Positions 48,731 through 61,022 of a stretch of DNA of 64,000 nucleotides are shown in pieces. The notes below the pieces were generated by a model. It saw only the letters and a program-made list of their open reading frames with translations. It was not told the DNA's origin and ran no database searches. The stretch's first letter is position 1, and each line of letters opens with the position of its first letter. Both the position numbers and the translations under genes were made by a program. The stretch covers positions 684,001 to 748,000 of the forward strand of contig MU057809.1 in assembly GCA_013265495.1 (NCBI GenBank), written 5' to 3'. The DNA is from Vicugna vicugna (lineage: Eukaryota).

Positions 48731-50582
48731 CTTCCTTCCACCGCATCACCCCAAGAGGCAGGGTCTAATCCAGGGGGCAGGTCGCCTCTCACAGAGGCCG
48801 TCAGCGGTCCTGGCAGAGACAGGCCAGGCTGGGCCATCCCGGGCCAGCGCCGTGGGTGCAGGAGCCAGGGCTCCGGCTTCGGCGTCCGTGTCTGCCTCTC
48901 ACTGCTCTGCGGCCTTGGGTGACTTACTTCTGGGAGCAAGCACAGCAGACCTCTTGCTTGCCTGGCCCTGTGCTTGGCCCCAAGGGAAGCAGAGCTGGAT
49001 GAGATGCTCTGGTCCCTGAGGTTAGAGGGCTGACAGCCCCCCCTTCTCACCTTATAAAGTGGGGCGGGAGGTTGGGGTGGACCATCGGCAGGCAGTCCTG
49101 CCGCGCAGCCTCGCGCACCCTGGCTCTGCGCCCCACCTGTGGCCGCTGGGGTGGGCTTTCTGTGGATGCGCGGTGGCGGTGAGAGCCGAGGGCGCTGTGG
49201 AAGGCCATGTGGACGGCGGCCTCCCCGAGCGGCTGTCTCGGCCCCGCACCCAGGACGTTACCGGGCTGTGTCTACGGGCTGGGCGTGGGAGCCCGGGAAA
49301 TGTTTAACTTTGAAAAATGGACCTTCACAGCTCATTAGGCCTGAGCTGCGCGGCCCGGCGCCTCGGGCGGCTGGGGGAGAGGGAGCTGCCGGGCAGGAAA
49401 TCAGCGGAGTACTTAAAGGCCAATTCTGCATTCCTGACGGGCGCCGTCTGCCTGCCGGGCCCCGCAGCGCGGCTGGGCCGCAGGTGCCGTGTCATCCGCG
49501 ATGGGCGCACAGCATCCGTGTAGCTGGCGGGGGTGGCGGCCACACCGGCGACTCCTGTCGTCCCCCACTGTGTGCGGTGACCTGATCCCAGGTCAGACCC
49601 TCCTGGCCTCTGTCATTTTTTGGCTCGATGAAGCTGACCCGCCGCTCTGGGTCTCAGTTTCTCCCCCTGCACTGTGACTGGTGTGCCGAGTGGACGACAC
49701 CGTGGAATCGGAGGCTGGTTCTAAGTGCAGTAAGGCGTGGGTGAGGGGCGCCTCCACGGAGTGAGGTGGAGGGTCTGCCAGTATCTGTCGCCCGAGACCC
49801 CCACCCCTGTGCTGCAGCCGCACCGCAAGCTGCGGGGCCAGTCCCTGGGGCCCGGGTGGCTCCGTCCTGCCTGCCTGGCTGAAGCTGGGCTTGCGGAGGG
49901 CTGGCAGCATTCGTGGCTGCAGGGTCGGGGCCCCTCCGTCTGGCCTCGCGTCCATTCCCCATCCAGCCTGGTGGCAGTGCTTCTTCTCTGCCCTGGGCCT
50001 GGAAGGGAGGGCCCTGTGGGCTGTGAGGGAGGGCAGGATGCAGGGGACCGGGGCTGGGGCAGGGGGTGTGTCTGAGTGGAGCTGGGAAAGAGGCAGCCAA
50101 GAAAAATCAGAGTTTATCAGCGGAGGCAGCCGCGTCGCTCTGAACGTGGAGAATGGCGTCACATGAGCTAGCCGGCACCTCGGTGTGTGTATTAGATGCA
50201 GAGTCATAAGCAGGAGGCACTTGGGGCCAGTGACCCGTGCGCCCAGGCTGCGGCTGCCTCTGGCTCCGGGGCGGGGGGAGGAGCAGGGCCGGACCGGGCC
50301 AAGGAGTTTTCTGGAATCTTGAGGCCCTCCCGGGGACCCTCCTGACGACCCTCCGACACTCTGAGCACCCGGTGGCCCTGGGAGAGCTGCCTTCTTTCTC
50401 AGAGCCTGTTTCTTTAACTGGAATTTGGGGGGAGCTTCCTGAACCCCTCCCTTGCAGAACTGTGGAGTGAAAGGAGAGAAAGTGGACGCAGGCATCTGCC
50501 CCTTCTGGGCGTGCGCCGCAGGGGACGGTGGCCAAGGCCTGCGTTCGCATCCCTGAACGCGTGTGTGCGCGGACTCGGCCTG

Positions 50583-50656
50583 CATCCACCCCCCGGTGCG
50601 GGCCCCGCCCCTGGTGTTACATCCACCCCCCAGTGCGGGCCCCGCCCCTGGTGTTA
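50583..50656 (+). repeat. 37-bp tandem duplication (1 mismatch)
   Basis: catccacccccc(g/a)gtgcgggccccgcccctggtgtta occurs twice. Confidence 0.95.
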
Positions 50657-51418
50657 GAACACGCACGCAGCTCCGTGCGGGTCACTGCAATGTAAGCGTG
50701 CACAGGTGTGGACGTGGTGTGGGCGCACCTGCAGACCTGTCTGTGCACGGCTCGTGTGGACACCTCGCCGGTGCCCGTGGCCCTGTGTGAACACGCGCGC
50801 CCCTCCGGCTCGTCCCCATGGCAACCCCAGGCGCAGAGCAGGTGTCTGGGAGACCTGGACTGGTGCTGACGGTTGGGCGCATGTGACGGGCTCCCTGGAG
50901 GTGGCTGGACCAGTCGGGGCCCCTGGGTGGAGGCTCCAGGAAGATGTGAAAGTGCTCCCCTCTCTCCACCAAATGCCAGCAACCCGCTGCGAGCAGCATT
51001 AGGTGGGAAGCTTCCAGAAGCCCCCATCTGGCTGCGATTCATGCAGGGCGAGCCAGAGCAGCACAGGGCTGACAGACGCGTCTGGGAGTGCTGGGTTTGT
51101 GGTCTCGCTCTCACCTTCTGGAGAGGGAAACTGAGGCTGGAGTAGCCGCAACCACTCCCTGGCCAGCCTGGGCACACCTGGGCCCTGCCTCCCTCCGTCC
51201 AAGGGAGTGGGGCTCAGCACACACCCACCCGCAGCTCCCAGACTGGCATGCCCTCGCTTTAAGCCCAAGTTTGGCCTCTCTGCCAAGTGGCTTCCCTCCT
51301 TCCTTTGCCACTTGGTTAATTATCCAAGACCTTTGCTGCAAGACCGGGCAAGCCCAGCCCTCCCCTTCCATCCACCGTGAAGTCACCGAAGCCATCGCCT
51401 CAGCGCTCAGCTGGCAGG

Positions 51419-51446
51419 GTTCCCATGGCAACAGCAGTGACGTCAC
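51419..51446. promoter_or_regulatory. RFX X-box plus full CRE composite site
   Basis: GTTCCCATGGCAAC (51419-51432) and TGACGTCA (51438-51445). Confidence 0.5.
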
Positions 51447-52481
51447 CAAGGGCCTGGGAGGCTGGAGGGAGGGGTAGGTGAGGCCAGAGGAGGGGATTTC
51501 TGGCTTCTCAGTCACCCACAGGCATGTGTTGTGATGCTGGGAATGGGACCGGGCGTCCCCCACTGCTCGGAGCCAGGAAACGCCCTCCTCTGAGGGGGTG
51601 ACCCACCCCCGGCACCCACACACCCACCTGCCCAAGTGCAGAGACCCTGGCAGGAGCGAGGACACTGGATCCAAGGCTCAGAAGAAGTCACGGTCACTGG
51701 GCCTGGCCAGCCCAGTGGCGCTTTGCCAGACTGGCTCGGGGGTGGCTGGCCGCATGCCTCACCTGGGGCCTACTTGGGTCCCACGAGACCGCCTGGCAGC
51801 CGGCCCCAAAGGGGTGGGGGTGTGGGGGCTGCGCTGGAGTTTCTGGATCTCATTGGCGCTAGCCTGAGATTCAGAGAAAACAAGCTTTCTTCAGGATGGA
51901 GGTGGGGGCTCCGTGAGGCCCTTGTCTCCCAATCCCGGGGACATGGCTGCTGCCTGCTGCATGGCCACCAGGCACAGGGCCTCCTGCCCGTCAGGGACAG
52001 ACCCAGCCTTGCCGCTCCGCGCAGGGAGGCCAGGGCCCCACGCCTGACGTTCTGCGTCCGTGCCCCTCCTTCCTCACGTGGCATCGCGGGCGCTACCTGC
52101 GCACTGCCGCCCGCCGGGGCGGCCCTGTGTGCGCACCTCGCCTGCAGGGAGGGATCGCCCCCAGCCAGGCCGGGGCAGCGGCATGCTTGTGGAACCCACT
52201 CGGACGCTCCTGCTGACTCGGGGGCTCGAAACCCGTGTTCCCTCAATGCCTGAGAACCGGCCCTCGTCCAGAGGGACTCGGGCCCCCAACTCCATTCAGC
52301 GCCTTCCAGTGCCAGCCGGTGTCCTCGCCCCTTGGGCTGCACCCTCAGGTCTGGTGCCCAAGTGGCATTTGGGCAGGAGCAACCCGGGACCAGGCCTGGG
52401 AGGACCCCCCTCCCAGAGGCAGAACCCTCTGCCCGTGACCCACGCTCTTAGAACCTGGCTGGGTTTAGGCTGAACTGATGC

Positions 52482-52690
52482 CCATTCATTCACATCGCTC
52501 AGCGAATCTCATGCGGCCTGCCTTGTGCCAGGTGCCAGGACACAAGACAAAGTCCTTGCCCTCGTGCAGTGTGCATCTGTTGACCCCCTACTGTGTGCTC
52601 GGCCTGCACTGGTGTGGGCGCTGGGGCACAGCAGCAGAGGGGTGGATATGGTTCCTGCCCGCGTGGAGGCAGAGGGGCGCCATGGAGAAG
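52482..52690 (-). mobile_element. L2 3' fragments
   Basis: cattcattcac...gcctgccttgtgccaggtgccagg...gacaaagtccttgccctcgtgcag. Confidence 0.6.
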
Positions 52691-54539
52691 CGGGAAAAGT
52701 GCTGGAGTGCAGGGCTCTGCAGACGTGGCCTGAGGCGATCTGCTGGCAGCTGCTGGGGCCTCCTTCAAGTGGGGCAGGCTGGGAGGCTCATTGGAGGAGG
52801 TGGCGAGCTGGCTAGTCCAGGCTGGGACCCCAGGCCCACTGCCATTTGCTCTGAGGCCTTGGAGAAGCCGCTCTCCTCTCTGTCTGGGGCTTCCGGGCAG
52901 CGGTGGGGGTGCCCCGAGGAGTGGGGTGTCGGAGAGTTTGCTGTGAGGGCAGGGCAAGAGGACAGGGGGTCGGTCCCAATGGGGCACCACAGAGAGGAGC
53001 CCTTATCCCTCTTGGCAGGAGATGCCCAGTCAGGCTCCAGAGGGGGCAGCGGGAGGGTCCCCGCCCACGTTTCCACCCACAGACAAGTGGCCCTGAGCCC
53101 TGGGCCCGGCTCCAGCTGGGCTCTCCCCTCCTCGCTGCCGGGAGCATCTGGGCGGCTGGAGGGGTGCACCCAGGCGGGAGGCCAATTCCCGGCCTCTCTG
53201 TGGGTCCACCCGCCCACTCAGAGATGGGCCTGGGGGAAGGTTTGGGGTCTGTGTTCCTGTCCCAGCTTGAGGCCCCCAGGCTGCTGGTCAAAAGGGTTCT
53301 CAGTGGGAGGAGGGCGGTTCCCCCTGTGGCACATTTATTTATTTTCTCTTTGATTTCCAGCCCTTTCAGGGGTGTCTCTTCCCCCCATTCTTCCGGGGAC
53401 ATGTCTTTTCCCGCCCCTTTTATCAGTGTTGCCTGTCCTGTGCATGATAAGGCATTTGTAGTCATTCAGCAAGTTCACCTCAGCAGACGTCTGCCGGGCC
53501 GGGCGCCCGGGTCCCGCAGGGAGGCAGGCTGCTCCCGGGCCCCCTGCCCGCAGGGTGACGCGCATGGGTCCTGGCAGGTTCGTCTCTGCTCCTCAGTGCG
53601 CTCACCTGTAGCGAGGGTCCGCGGACGGGCCCCACCCGCCAGGGTTGGAGGGAAGATGAGTGAGGAACAAGGCGGGGAACATAGCCAGTGCCCCGTGTCT
53701 CCATCGTCGGCGCTAGAGCAGAGGTCAGCTGGATGGGCCCTCGGCTGGGGTCCTGGACTGCCTCGAGGCAGGGACCAGAGTTGCCAGACAGATGGCAGGA
53801 GGGTGCGGGGGGCCCGGCCGACTGTCCATCCTGTTTCTAAAGAGCGTTTTCCAGCGCACCCGAGATTCCAGGTTCCACGCTCCTCTGGGCATCTCACATC
53901 TGCCTAGATGCATTTTTTTTTAATCTTGTGCCTACAATGGAACATCTCACCACGTTTTTAGCCAATTAAAGACTGACGGAGCCTCGGCCTTCGTTTCAGG
54001 CAAACAAGCAAATTTCAAGCCTCATTTTCGTGTTTCTAATAAGCACTCACCAAGTTTATGGCTCCTACATATGCCGTGTCCGTCTGATGTCTTCGGAATA
54101 TTCCCACCTCCCCTTCGCTGCCGATTTCTTTCCCTGCGTTGCACCTCCGAGCCCTCTCTGACTTGGCTCAGCAAATTGGCGCGTCAGCCTCCTGTGGGCT
54201 GAGGGGTGACGAGGCTGCAGCCGGAGGTGGTGGGGCGAGGGTCCCGGTCACGCGAGCGCCGGGCCTGAGCTTTCCCGCCATGTTGAAGGCACCGGGCCAT
54301 CCCGAACGGCAAGACACGAGGCAGCACCGCAGTACATTCCCCGAGCGCTTAAACACGCATAATATCGTGTACTTGCCAGTTATTTCTTATTTTCAAAAGA
54401 CACGTATTTCTTTGCGGAAGAAAATTAAGAAAATGCTGAAAGTAGGAGAAATGAGCTGCGGTTCTTCCATCCAGAGGTGGGCAGGTCAGCCCTTTGGAGA
54501 GTGGCCTGCTGCTCTCTTCTTCTTCTGAGGCTGAGAGTT

Positions 54540-57420
54540 TATTATTACCCAGTATTGGTATCAGTCGGGCTTAAAAAACACGCTGGCAACAAATTGAAGC
54601 GCAGCTTGCCTACAGAGAAGGGCTCAATCCCAAGTTACTGCTCAGTGAACTTCGCAAAGTGCGCCCAGCACCCGCCCAAGGTAACTGCAGCCTGGGCTCC
54701 TGGCGCCTTCATTTTGTCCGTGTTTGCGCAGCGTGCAGACGCAGCCGTGGGTCGTGTGCTCTCCGCGGCGTCTTTGGCTGACGCCTCACTTGCGAGAGCC
54801 CCACCCCTCGGGGCGGGACGGGTTCCTCCGTCCCCGCTGCTGCGCCGTGCTCCCCAGCGTGGAGGCCCCCCGGGCTGCCCGTCCCTCCCGCCGCTGCTGG
54901 GCACGGAGCTTCTTCCCAGGTTCGGCTGCACCGGCTAGTGTTGCGAAGCACAGCCTTGAACAGGTGTTCTGTGGGCTTGTGTTCATATTTCTGTTGTCCA
55001 GGGGTGAACTCGCTGGGTCTGACCCTTCACGGATCTTGAGTGGTTTCCAAGTTGCAAAAACGTTCTTCGGCGTTATTGCAGCGATGGTGAGGGTTCAGTC
55101 CGGGCGTGCTGTGGTTGATTTACAGTCCTTCTCTCGAATATGAGAATGAATATATACATGCATGCGTGACAGGGGCATGCTGCTGCACAGCAGAAACAGA
55201 CACATTGTAGCTGACTGTACTTCAATTTGAAAAAGCAATACAGTCCTTCTCTTTGAACGCTCAGGTTGTTGGCAGTTTTTTCCCTTATGAAGTGGCAGTG
55301 GACGTCTCAGGCCACACTTTTTTTTTTCTCTTCGAGAGGATTTCTCTGCGATAGGTTCTTCAGGAGAAGACATTTGGCTCAAGGGGTGAACTTTCCTCCC
55401 ACACTCCTTGCTTTTTAAAATTGTGAGGTGTAATGGACAGTACGCACGGAAGAGTGCGGGAGAACGTGGGAACCGTGGAAAGGATGGTCGCTGTGTGGAC
55501 ATCTGTGTGACCACAGCCAAGGTGAGAGAGCGCGACAGAGCATCTCCAGCGCCCGGAGCCCTTCGGGCGCTCCTCCCTGGCACAGCGGCCCTCCCTCTCT
55601 TGGTCCCTGAATACGGCACCAGCTTCCCGGATGCTGTCTTCTGGGGCGGCCTGCCTTTGAACTCTACATAAATGTGGTCGTAGTCTGCCTGGACCCGGCT
55701 CTTCCGGTCGACATTATCTGGGGGAGACCTAGCCCTTCGCTGTGGGTGATCGTGAGCAGAGGCTGAGGGTCCCCCTGCGTCAGCCCTCCCCCGAGGCAAG
55801 GCTCTGACTTTGGAAGCTCGTCTGTCCTCGTGAGTGACGAAGCCGAGCACCTCTTACGGTCTGGCTTTTTGGGAACCGTTTGCGGGTCCTTGTCTGTGAA
55901 ACGCCTTCTCAGGCCCTCTCCCCACTTTATTAAGGAGGTGTCTGGGTTTCCCTCAGTGAATCGGAGGTATTTGTAGATTCTTGATGAAGAAGCGTTTACT
56001 CAGAGGAGATGTCTGTCCTCTGACCTTAGTGGCTTGTGTTCTGTTCCTTTTGTGTTACATGTTAAGGGCACAAATTCTTCCTTTTTATGTGGTAAGGTTC
56101 ATCCGTGTGTTCTTACATGGGTGCACGGGAGGGAAACCCTCCTGTGTCTTTTTCGATGTTACCGCCTGAAATACGTGGCTCTCCTTTCCCCAGGGCGGTC
56201 TGCAGTCAGGCTGGAATGGGCGTCTGTGTGGCGTGGCGCCAGCCGGGGGTCCGCCCTGCCGCCGGCGCCCCGCCCTCCGTCGGCCTGCCACGCCCGCCCC
56301 GCCGCGCCCCCGCGTCCTGCTTCCATCCCCGGCTTCACTGGCCTGGCCTCGCACCGCGGGCGCACCGCTTCCGTGGCTGTATGGCACGTGGTCGCTTTCT
56401 GATTCGGTAAAACCCCCGTCACCCTTGTCCTTGTCTAGGACCGCTCTTGCTCTTCCGTGTAAACGGTAGAATCAGCTTGTCAAGCTCCACGGAAAGGAAA
56501 AAGTCTGCTGGGATTTTGACGGTGGTGACGGCGCACCTGTAGGTCAGGTTTCAGTGCTGAATTTTTAATGGACGCTCATGTTCGACTTGCTGCACACGCG
56601 TGGACACCCAGTCCACGTTTGTACGGGGTTTTCCATCCAGCACCCAAGCTCTCCTATTTATCACTGTGTTTGTTCCTTCTTTGGGGTTTTTAGGTGCATT
56701 ATGATACCTGTGAGTAACTAGAGTTTCATTTCTTCCTTTTTGATTCACATCGTTGTCATTTCTCTTCTCGCCTTACTGCGATGGCTGAGGCCACTAGCTC
56801 CGAGCTGAGCAGCGATGGTGGTAGCAGGCATCCACGTGTTCTTGATCTCAAGAGGAAAGCGGCAGCTTCACCATCAAGCGTCTTGTCTGCTGTCAGCTAT
56901 GCACACTTGAAGGTCTTTTATCTGCGTTGTTAAGTGACTTTCTGAAAGAGCCGAGCCAGGTTCACCACAGCCTTAGCAGCGCCGGCTGCTGACTTCAGGG
57001 TTCGTCTTGCGTGGCCGTGGTGGGTCTTAGGTCGTTGTTTATCTGTGAGCCTATGTGGTGTCTCGCTGTGATCTCAGGAAATTTCGTTTCCCTGATTATG
57101 CGAGAGGTTGAACGCCGCCCCATGTATTTCTTAACCGACTGTGTTTCCTCCTGTGTGTCTGTTTCTCTGCCCATTTGTTTATACAATGTTGGTGTTTTAA
57201 AATTTTTGTTGTTTTTTTCTGTTCTTTTCCCTTACTTTTATATGGTCAAATCTGCCTCTCTTTTCTCTTACAATTTATTCTATTCCTCCAGAGCTTGGAA
57301 AGCCTGTCTCCCTCCTGAGGACTGATAAGTATTGAATTCTGTTTCCATCCAGCTTTTTTTTATGGCGTCATATTTCATATTTAACTGTTTACTCCATCTG
57401 GAACTTGTGGGGCTGTGGGG
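54540..57420 (-). mobile_element. Old L1M/L1ME fragments, strongly GC-shifted
   Basis: An antisense L1 skeleton (tagaatcagcttgtcaagctcc, ctgctgggattttgac, ctccatctggaactt) is recognisable within GC/CpG-enriched sequence. Confidence 0.65.
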
Positions 57421-57639
57421 GTGTGAAGCGAGGAGCTAATTGCTGCTCGCAGTTTAAGGGGGAAGGGGCCTCATTTGCACTTCCAAGCCTCCGGCTCTGA
57501 CTTCCCGGCGTCTGGGCTGAGTGGGGAGAGATTAAAGGGAGGAGGGGAGGCGGCACTGTCTGCAGCCAGCCTGGGAGCTGTAATCACGACGTCCCTTAGC
57601 TGCCTCTGCCTGACTTGAAGTCAGAAGCAAAGCGCTGTC

Positions 57640-57900
57640 AGCCCAGCTGAGCAGTGTCCCGGGCAAGTCCCTTCCTGTGTCTGGGACTCAGTTTCCTCAT
57701 CCACAAGATGGGGGCACTCCTGATACCCGTCCCGTCAGGCTCTGCCACCGGGAGCACGTCCTGCAAGGAGCAAGGGGTCAGGCACACGCAGCACGGACCC
57801 TGGCTCACCTGTGGGGCGTCACGTCTCTGAGCCTCAGTCTCTTCATGTGGAAACTGGGGATGAGACGACCGTGGCTCCCGCCTCGTGGGGCCAGGCGGCC
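57640..57900 (+). mobile_element. Two MIR fragments
   Basis: gggcaagtcccttcctgtgtctgggactcagtttcctcatccacaagatgggg and ctctgagcctcagtctcttcatgtggaaactggggatga. Confidence 0.7.
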
Positions 57901-58484
57901 CTGCATGGACGTTCCTCTGCCATCACGATCATTATGCAGTGGGGTCAATGCAAGGATGGGGCGCCCCTTCCTCAGCCCCCCACCTCCCCTGCGCACAGTA
58001 GGTGCCTGGAAGGTGCTGCCCGTGGAAGGAAGGGGCATCCCCACTGCTGAGGCCTGCTGCGTGCCAGGCGGTGGGCTGGGCCCCCAGCGAGGCCGGGAGA
58101 GGGTGGTCGGGCGGTTCTGGGCCTGAATGATGCGGGTGCTGGCTGTGCAGACCTGGGAGGCCTTCCAGGCAGGTGCAAGGGGCCTGAGGGGTCGTGTGCA
58201 GGGGGTGGGAGGATGTGTTGGGGGAAAGGCTATGACCCAAGGGGCTGGGTGAGGAGTGCAGCCTGAGACTGGCAGGTCGTGGGGGGTCGCACCTGCAGGG
58301 CCCCAGGGCAGCCAGCAGCACCCCCATTCACAGGTCGGGGGCCGGCTCCTCACAGGCAAGCAGCCCGGGTAGAGGGTTCGCCCCGGGCCTCCTGGGGAGG
58401 TGCAGGACGGAGGAGAGGGATGGGGGGGCCGGTGCAGCTGCGGGGAGGCCGGGCTGCTGGCATCAGCAGCCCCTCCTCCCCACC

Positions 58485-58580
58485 TCGCTAAACAACCATT
58501 GCGCAAAATATGCAAATGGTATAATTACTGTTATTTGTTTTGCTGATGTGAGTGTTTGAAATGCAAATGTCAAGTTTGGG
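58485..58580. promoter_or_regulatory. Candidate intronic enhancer (2 octamers, C/EBP, homeobox)
   Basis: TTGCGCAA 58499-58506; ATGCAAAT 58510-58517 and 58561-58568; TAATTA 58522-58527. Confidence 0.55.
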
Positions 58581-60264
58581 CCTTTCCTTTGTCCCACCCT
58601 CTCACTCCATCCTAGAAGGAGGAGGAGGATTTGGGGCGCCCCCCAGCTGCTGCCTCTGCCGGACGTGGAGGGGTTGCAGGGCCCCCTCCCGAGTGTGCCC
58701 ACGGTGCCCCTCAGGAGGGGGGCGTCAGTCACCCCGCCCCCGCCGGGTGACCTCGTCATGGTCGCTGTTTACCTGGCCGGGTCCCGGGACCCCCAGCTTT
58801 GGGGCCCAGCACTCTCTGCCCCGTGACAACTCGGTGGAGGGGCTGGGCCCCGATTTCCCACCTGCAGAATTCTGCACAGGGGTGTTCCCCAGAAAGCGGA
58901 GACTCGGTCCCTGGGCAGCCTCTGGGGGCCCTGGTGAGCCCCCAGTATCACTGAGTGTGTGCGCTTCCTGGGGGTCGTCACCTTCGACCTCCAGCCCCGG
59001 GGGTCTCTGGGGCTGTCAGGGCTCTCAGAGCTGTGGCTGCTGGCCAGTGAGAGGTGTCACCATCATCTCCGTCGTTCGGAGCGGAGACTGAGGCTTGTCA
59101 AGGTCACTCTGGTCAGCGTGTCTCCATCAGGCGCAGGTTCCCACTGGCCCCTCCCTGCCCTGTTGCCAAGCAGGACAGCACCTTCTTCTGCCCCAGCTGC
59201 TCCGCCTGGACCTTGGTAGGCCCCCCGCACCAGGCAGCCCCAGCTGAACCCCTGCCCCGATGGGTCTTGCGGTTCCGATTCCATCGGCGGCGGGCTGCTC
59301 ACGCCGTGGGTTCCCCGCCGCCTCGAAGCTGTGCGGCTGGCCTGGCTCCGGTTAGGAGCACTCCCTGGGAGGCCTTCCGACGGCCCCAGGCCAATGGGAG
59401 CTGGTGGCCTACACCAGGGGTGGCACCTGAGTGATGCTCCGGGCCGTCTGGGGAAAGAAAAGGTGTTATCAGTGGCACGTGGGTCGGAGTGGCCCCGGGC
59501 CGCTGTGGCCTGGTGCGCCCGTGGCTGCAGGGCAGGACGCAGGGTGGGGGCAGGGGCTGCGTTAAAGCTCAGGTTAGGCCTGGCAGGCGTGTGCAGAGTG
59601 AGCATGGGTGTGTGCGCACACCGCGTGCACGCTTCTGTCACCTGTGGGTCCGAAGTGACACTAATGGAGAGTGAAAAGCTCAGGGCAGGTGCTCAGCTCA
59701 GTGTGAGAACACAGGACTCACCGCAGACAGGGGCGCGGGGACCACAGATCTGCCCACGCGGTGGCCTGGCTTCTGCTCAGATTCGGGGTGGCATGGGGCA
59801 CCGTCGCGCCTTTGGACAGCTGTGCCAGGATGCCTGAGAGTAGCTGGGCTGGAAGCCCGTGCACCGGTCCTGCCCAGCGCCGGCCGACACGGCAGGCCCG
59901 TCCCCCGGGCTTCCTGAGCTGTCCCCTCGTCCGTCTGTAACGCAGACTCTCTGTGAAGTGGGGGTGGGTATACAGCAGGCACTCAATCAGCACGCGTTCC
60001 TGCTTCTCCCTTGGGCTTCATGGGGCGCCGCGGCCCTGCTCCCGGCTCGGGGCAGCTGGGAGGCCGAGCTGGGGTTGTCGGCGTTACCAGGACCCAGGAG
60101 AGGAGAGCAGAGGTCGGCAGGGAGAGGGCACCCAGGCAGGTGCTGGGGCAGAGGCCTGGGGGTGGGAAGGGATGGGGTGCCCTGCTCCCTGGCTGCTGTG
60201 GTCTGGCCCAGAAGCCTCCTGGGGGGGACAGGCTCTGGGAGTTTCTGAGCCCCTGGGTTCCCTC

Positions 60265-60450
60265 TGTTTTTATTCCAATTACCTTTTCCAAGGCAGGTTC
60301 AGCCTCATTAGCATATTCAAATACAGTCCATTATTATTTCAATTGGCTGTTAAGTAATTAACTCTAATTGATGAACATTCCCCCACTTCCCCACATATTT
60401 TTTGGTTATTTACATCCGCTTCTAACCAACAATTTTAGGTAATTACATGC
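60265..60450. promoter_or_regulatory. Candidate intronic enhancer (POU/SOX/homeodomain)
   Basis: ATTAGCAT 60307-60314; TAATTA 60355 and 60440; TAATTG 60365; AACAAT 60428, all in an AT-rich island. Confidence 0.55.
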
Positions 60451-60984
60451 CAGTCACTCATCTATTTGCACACACACGCGCACATACATGCACAGGTACA
60501 CGCGCACATGCTTCCTCGCACGACAGGCCCCCCTCCCTTTTAACTCCCACCCCCAGCCCAGGAGTTGGGGGCATGGTGGGATGCACGCAGACAGAAGAGG
60601 GGATCCCTCAGGGCTCCTGCCCAGGCCCTCCTGAGGGTCACCGCCCAGCCTCCAGGGGCTCAAGGTAACCGGAACCCCCCGCCTTACCCCCAGAACCCCC
60701 TCCCAAAGATGCGCCTCCTTTGGTACCCCTCTTCCTTACCCCCCAGCCAGGTGGCGCCACCCTCGAGCTGGTGGGAAGCGTGTCTTCAGTCAGGAAGGCA
60801 GAGCGCAGCCACACCGTGGCTCCTTCCTGCGTCTCGGCTGTGTGCCCCGGGAAGCGGACGCCCCTCCCAGCCTTGGTGTCCCTGCCTGCGAAGTAGGGCT
60901 CGAGTGATCGAAGGGGTGAAACGAGGGGCTGCGTGGAAGGCCCTCAGCACAAACAGAATGCTCAATGTTCGCTGGGGTTGATGA

Positions 60985-61022
60985 GGGATGGATGGTGGAT
61001 GGACGGACGGACAGACAGACGA
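60985..61022. repeat. (GGAT)/(GGAC)/(AGAC) compound microsatellite
   Basis: ggatggatggtggatggacggacggacagacagacg. Confidence 0.8.

Noticed and set aside
10221..50656. Short direct repeats (10221, 16545, 50583) as CRISPR-like arrays
   Set aside because: They are head-to-tail copies without unique spacers, there are no cas genes, and the context is eukaryotic
49593..53907. ORFs of 291-357 aa
   Set aside because: No domain similarity that I can recognise; they run through L2 remnants and tandem repeats
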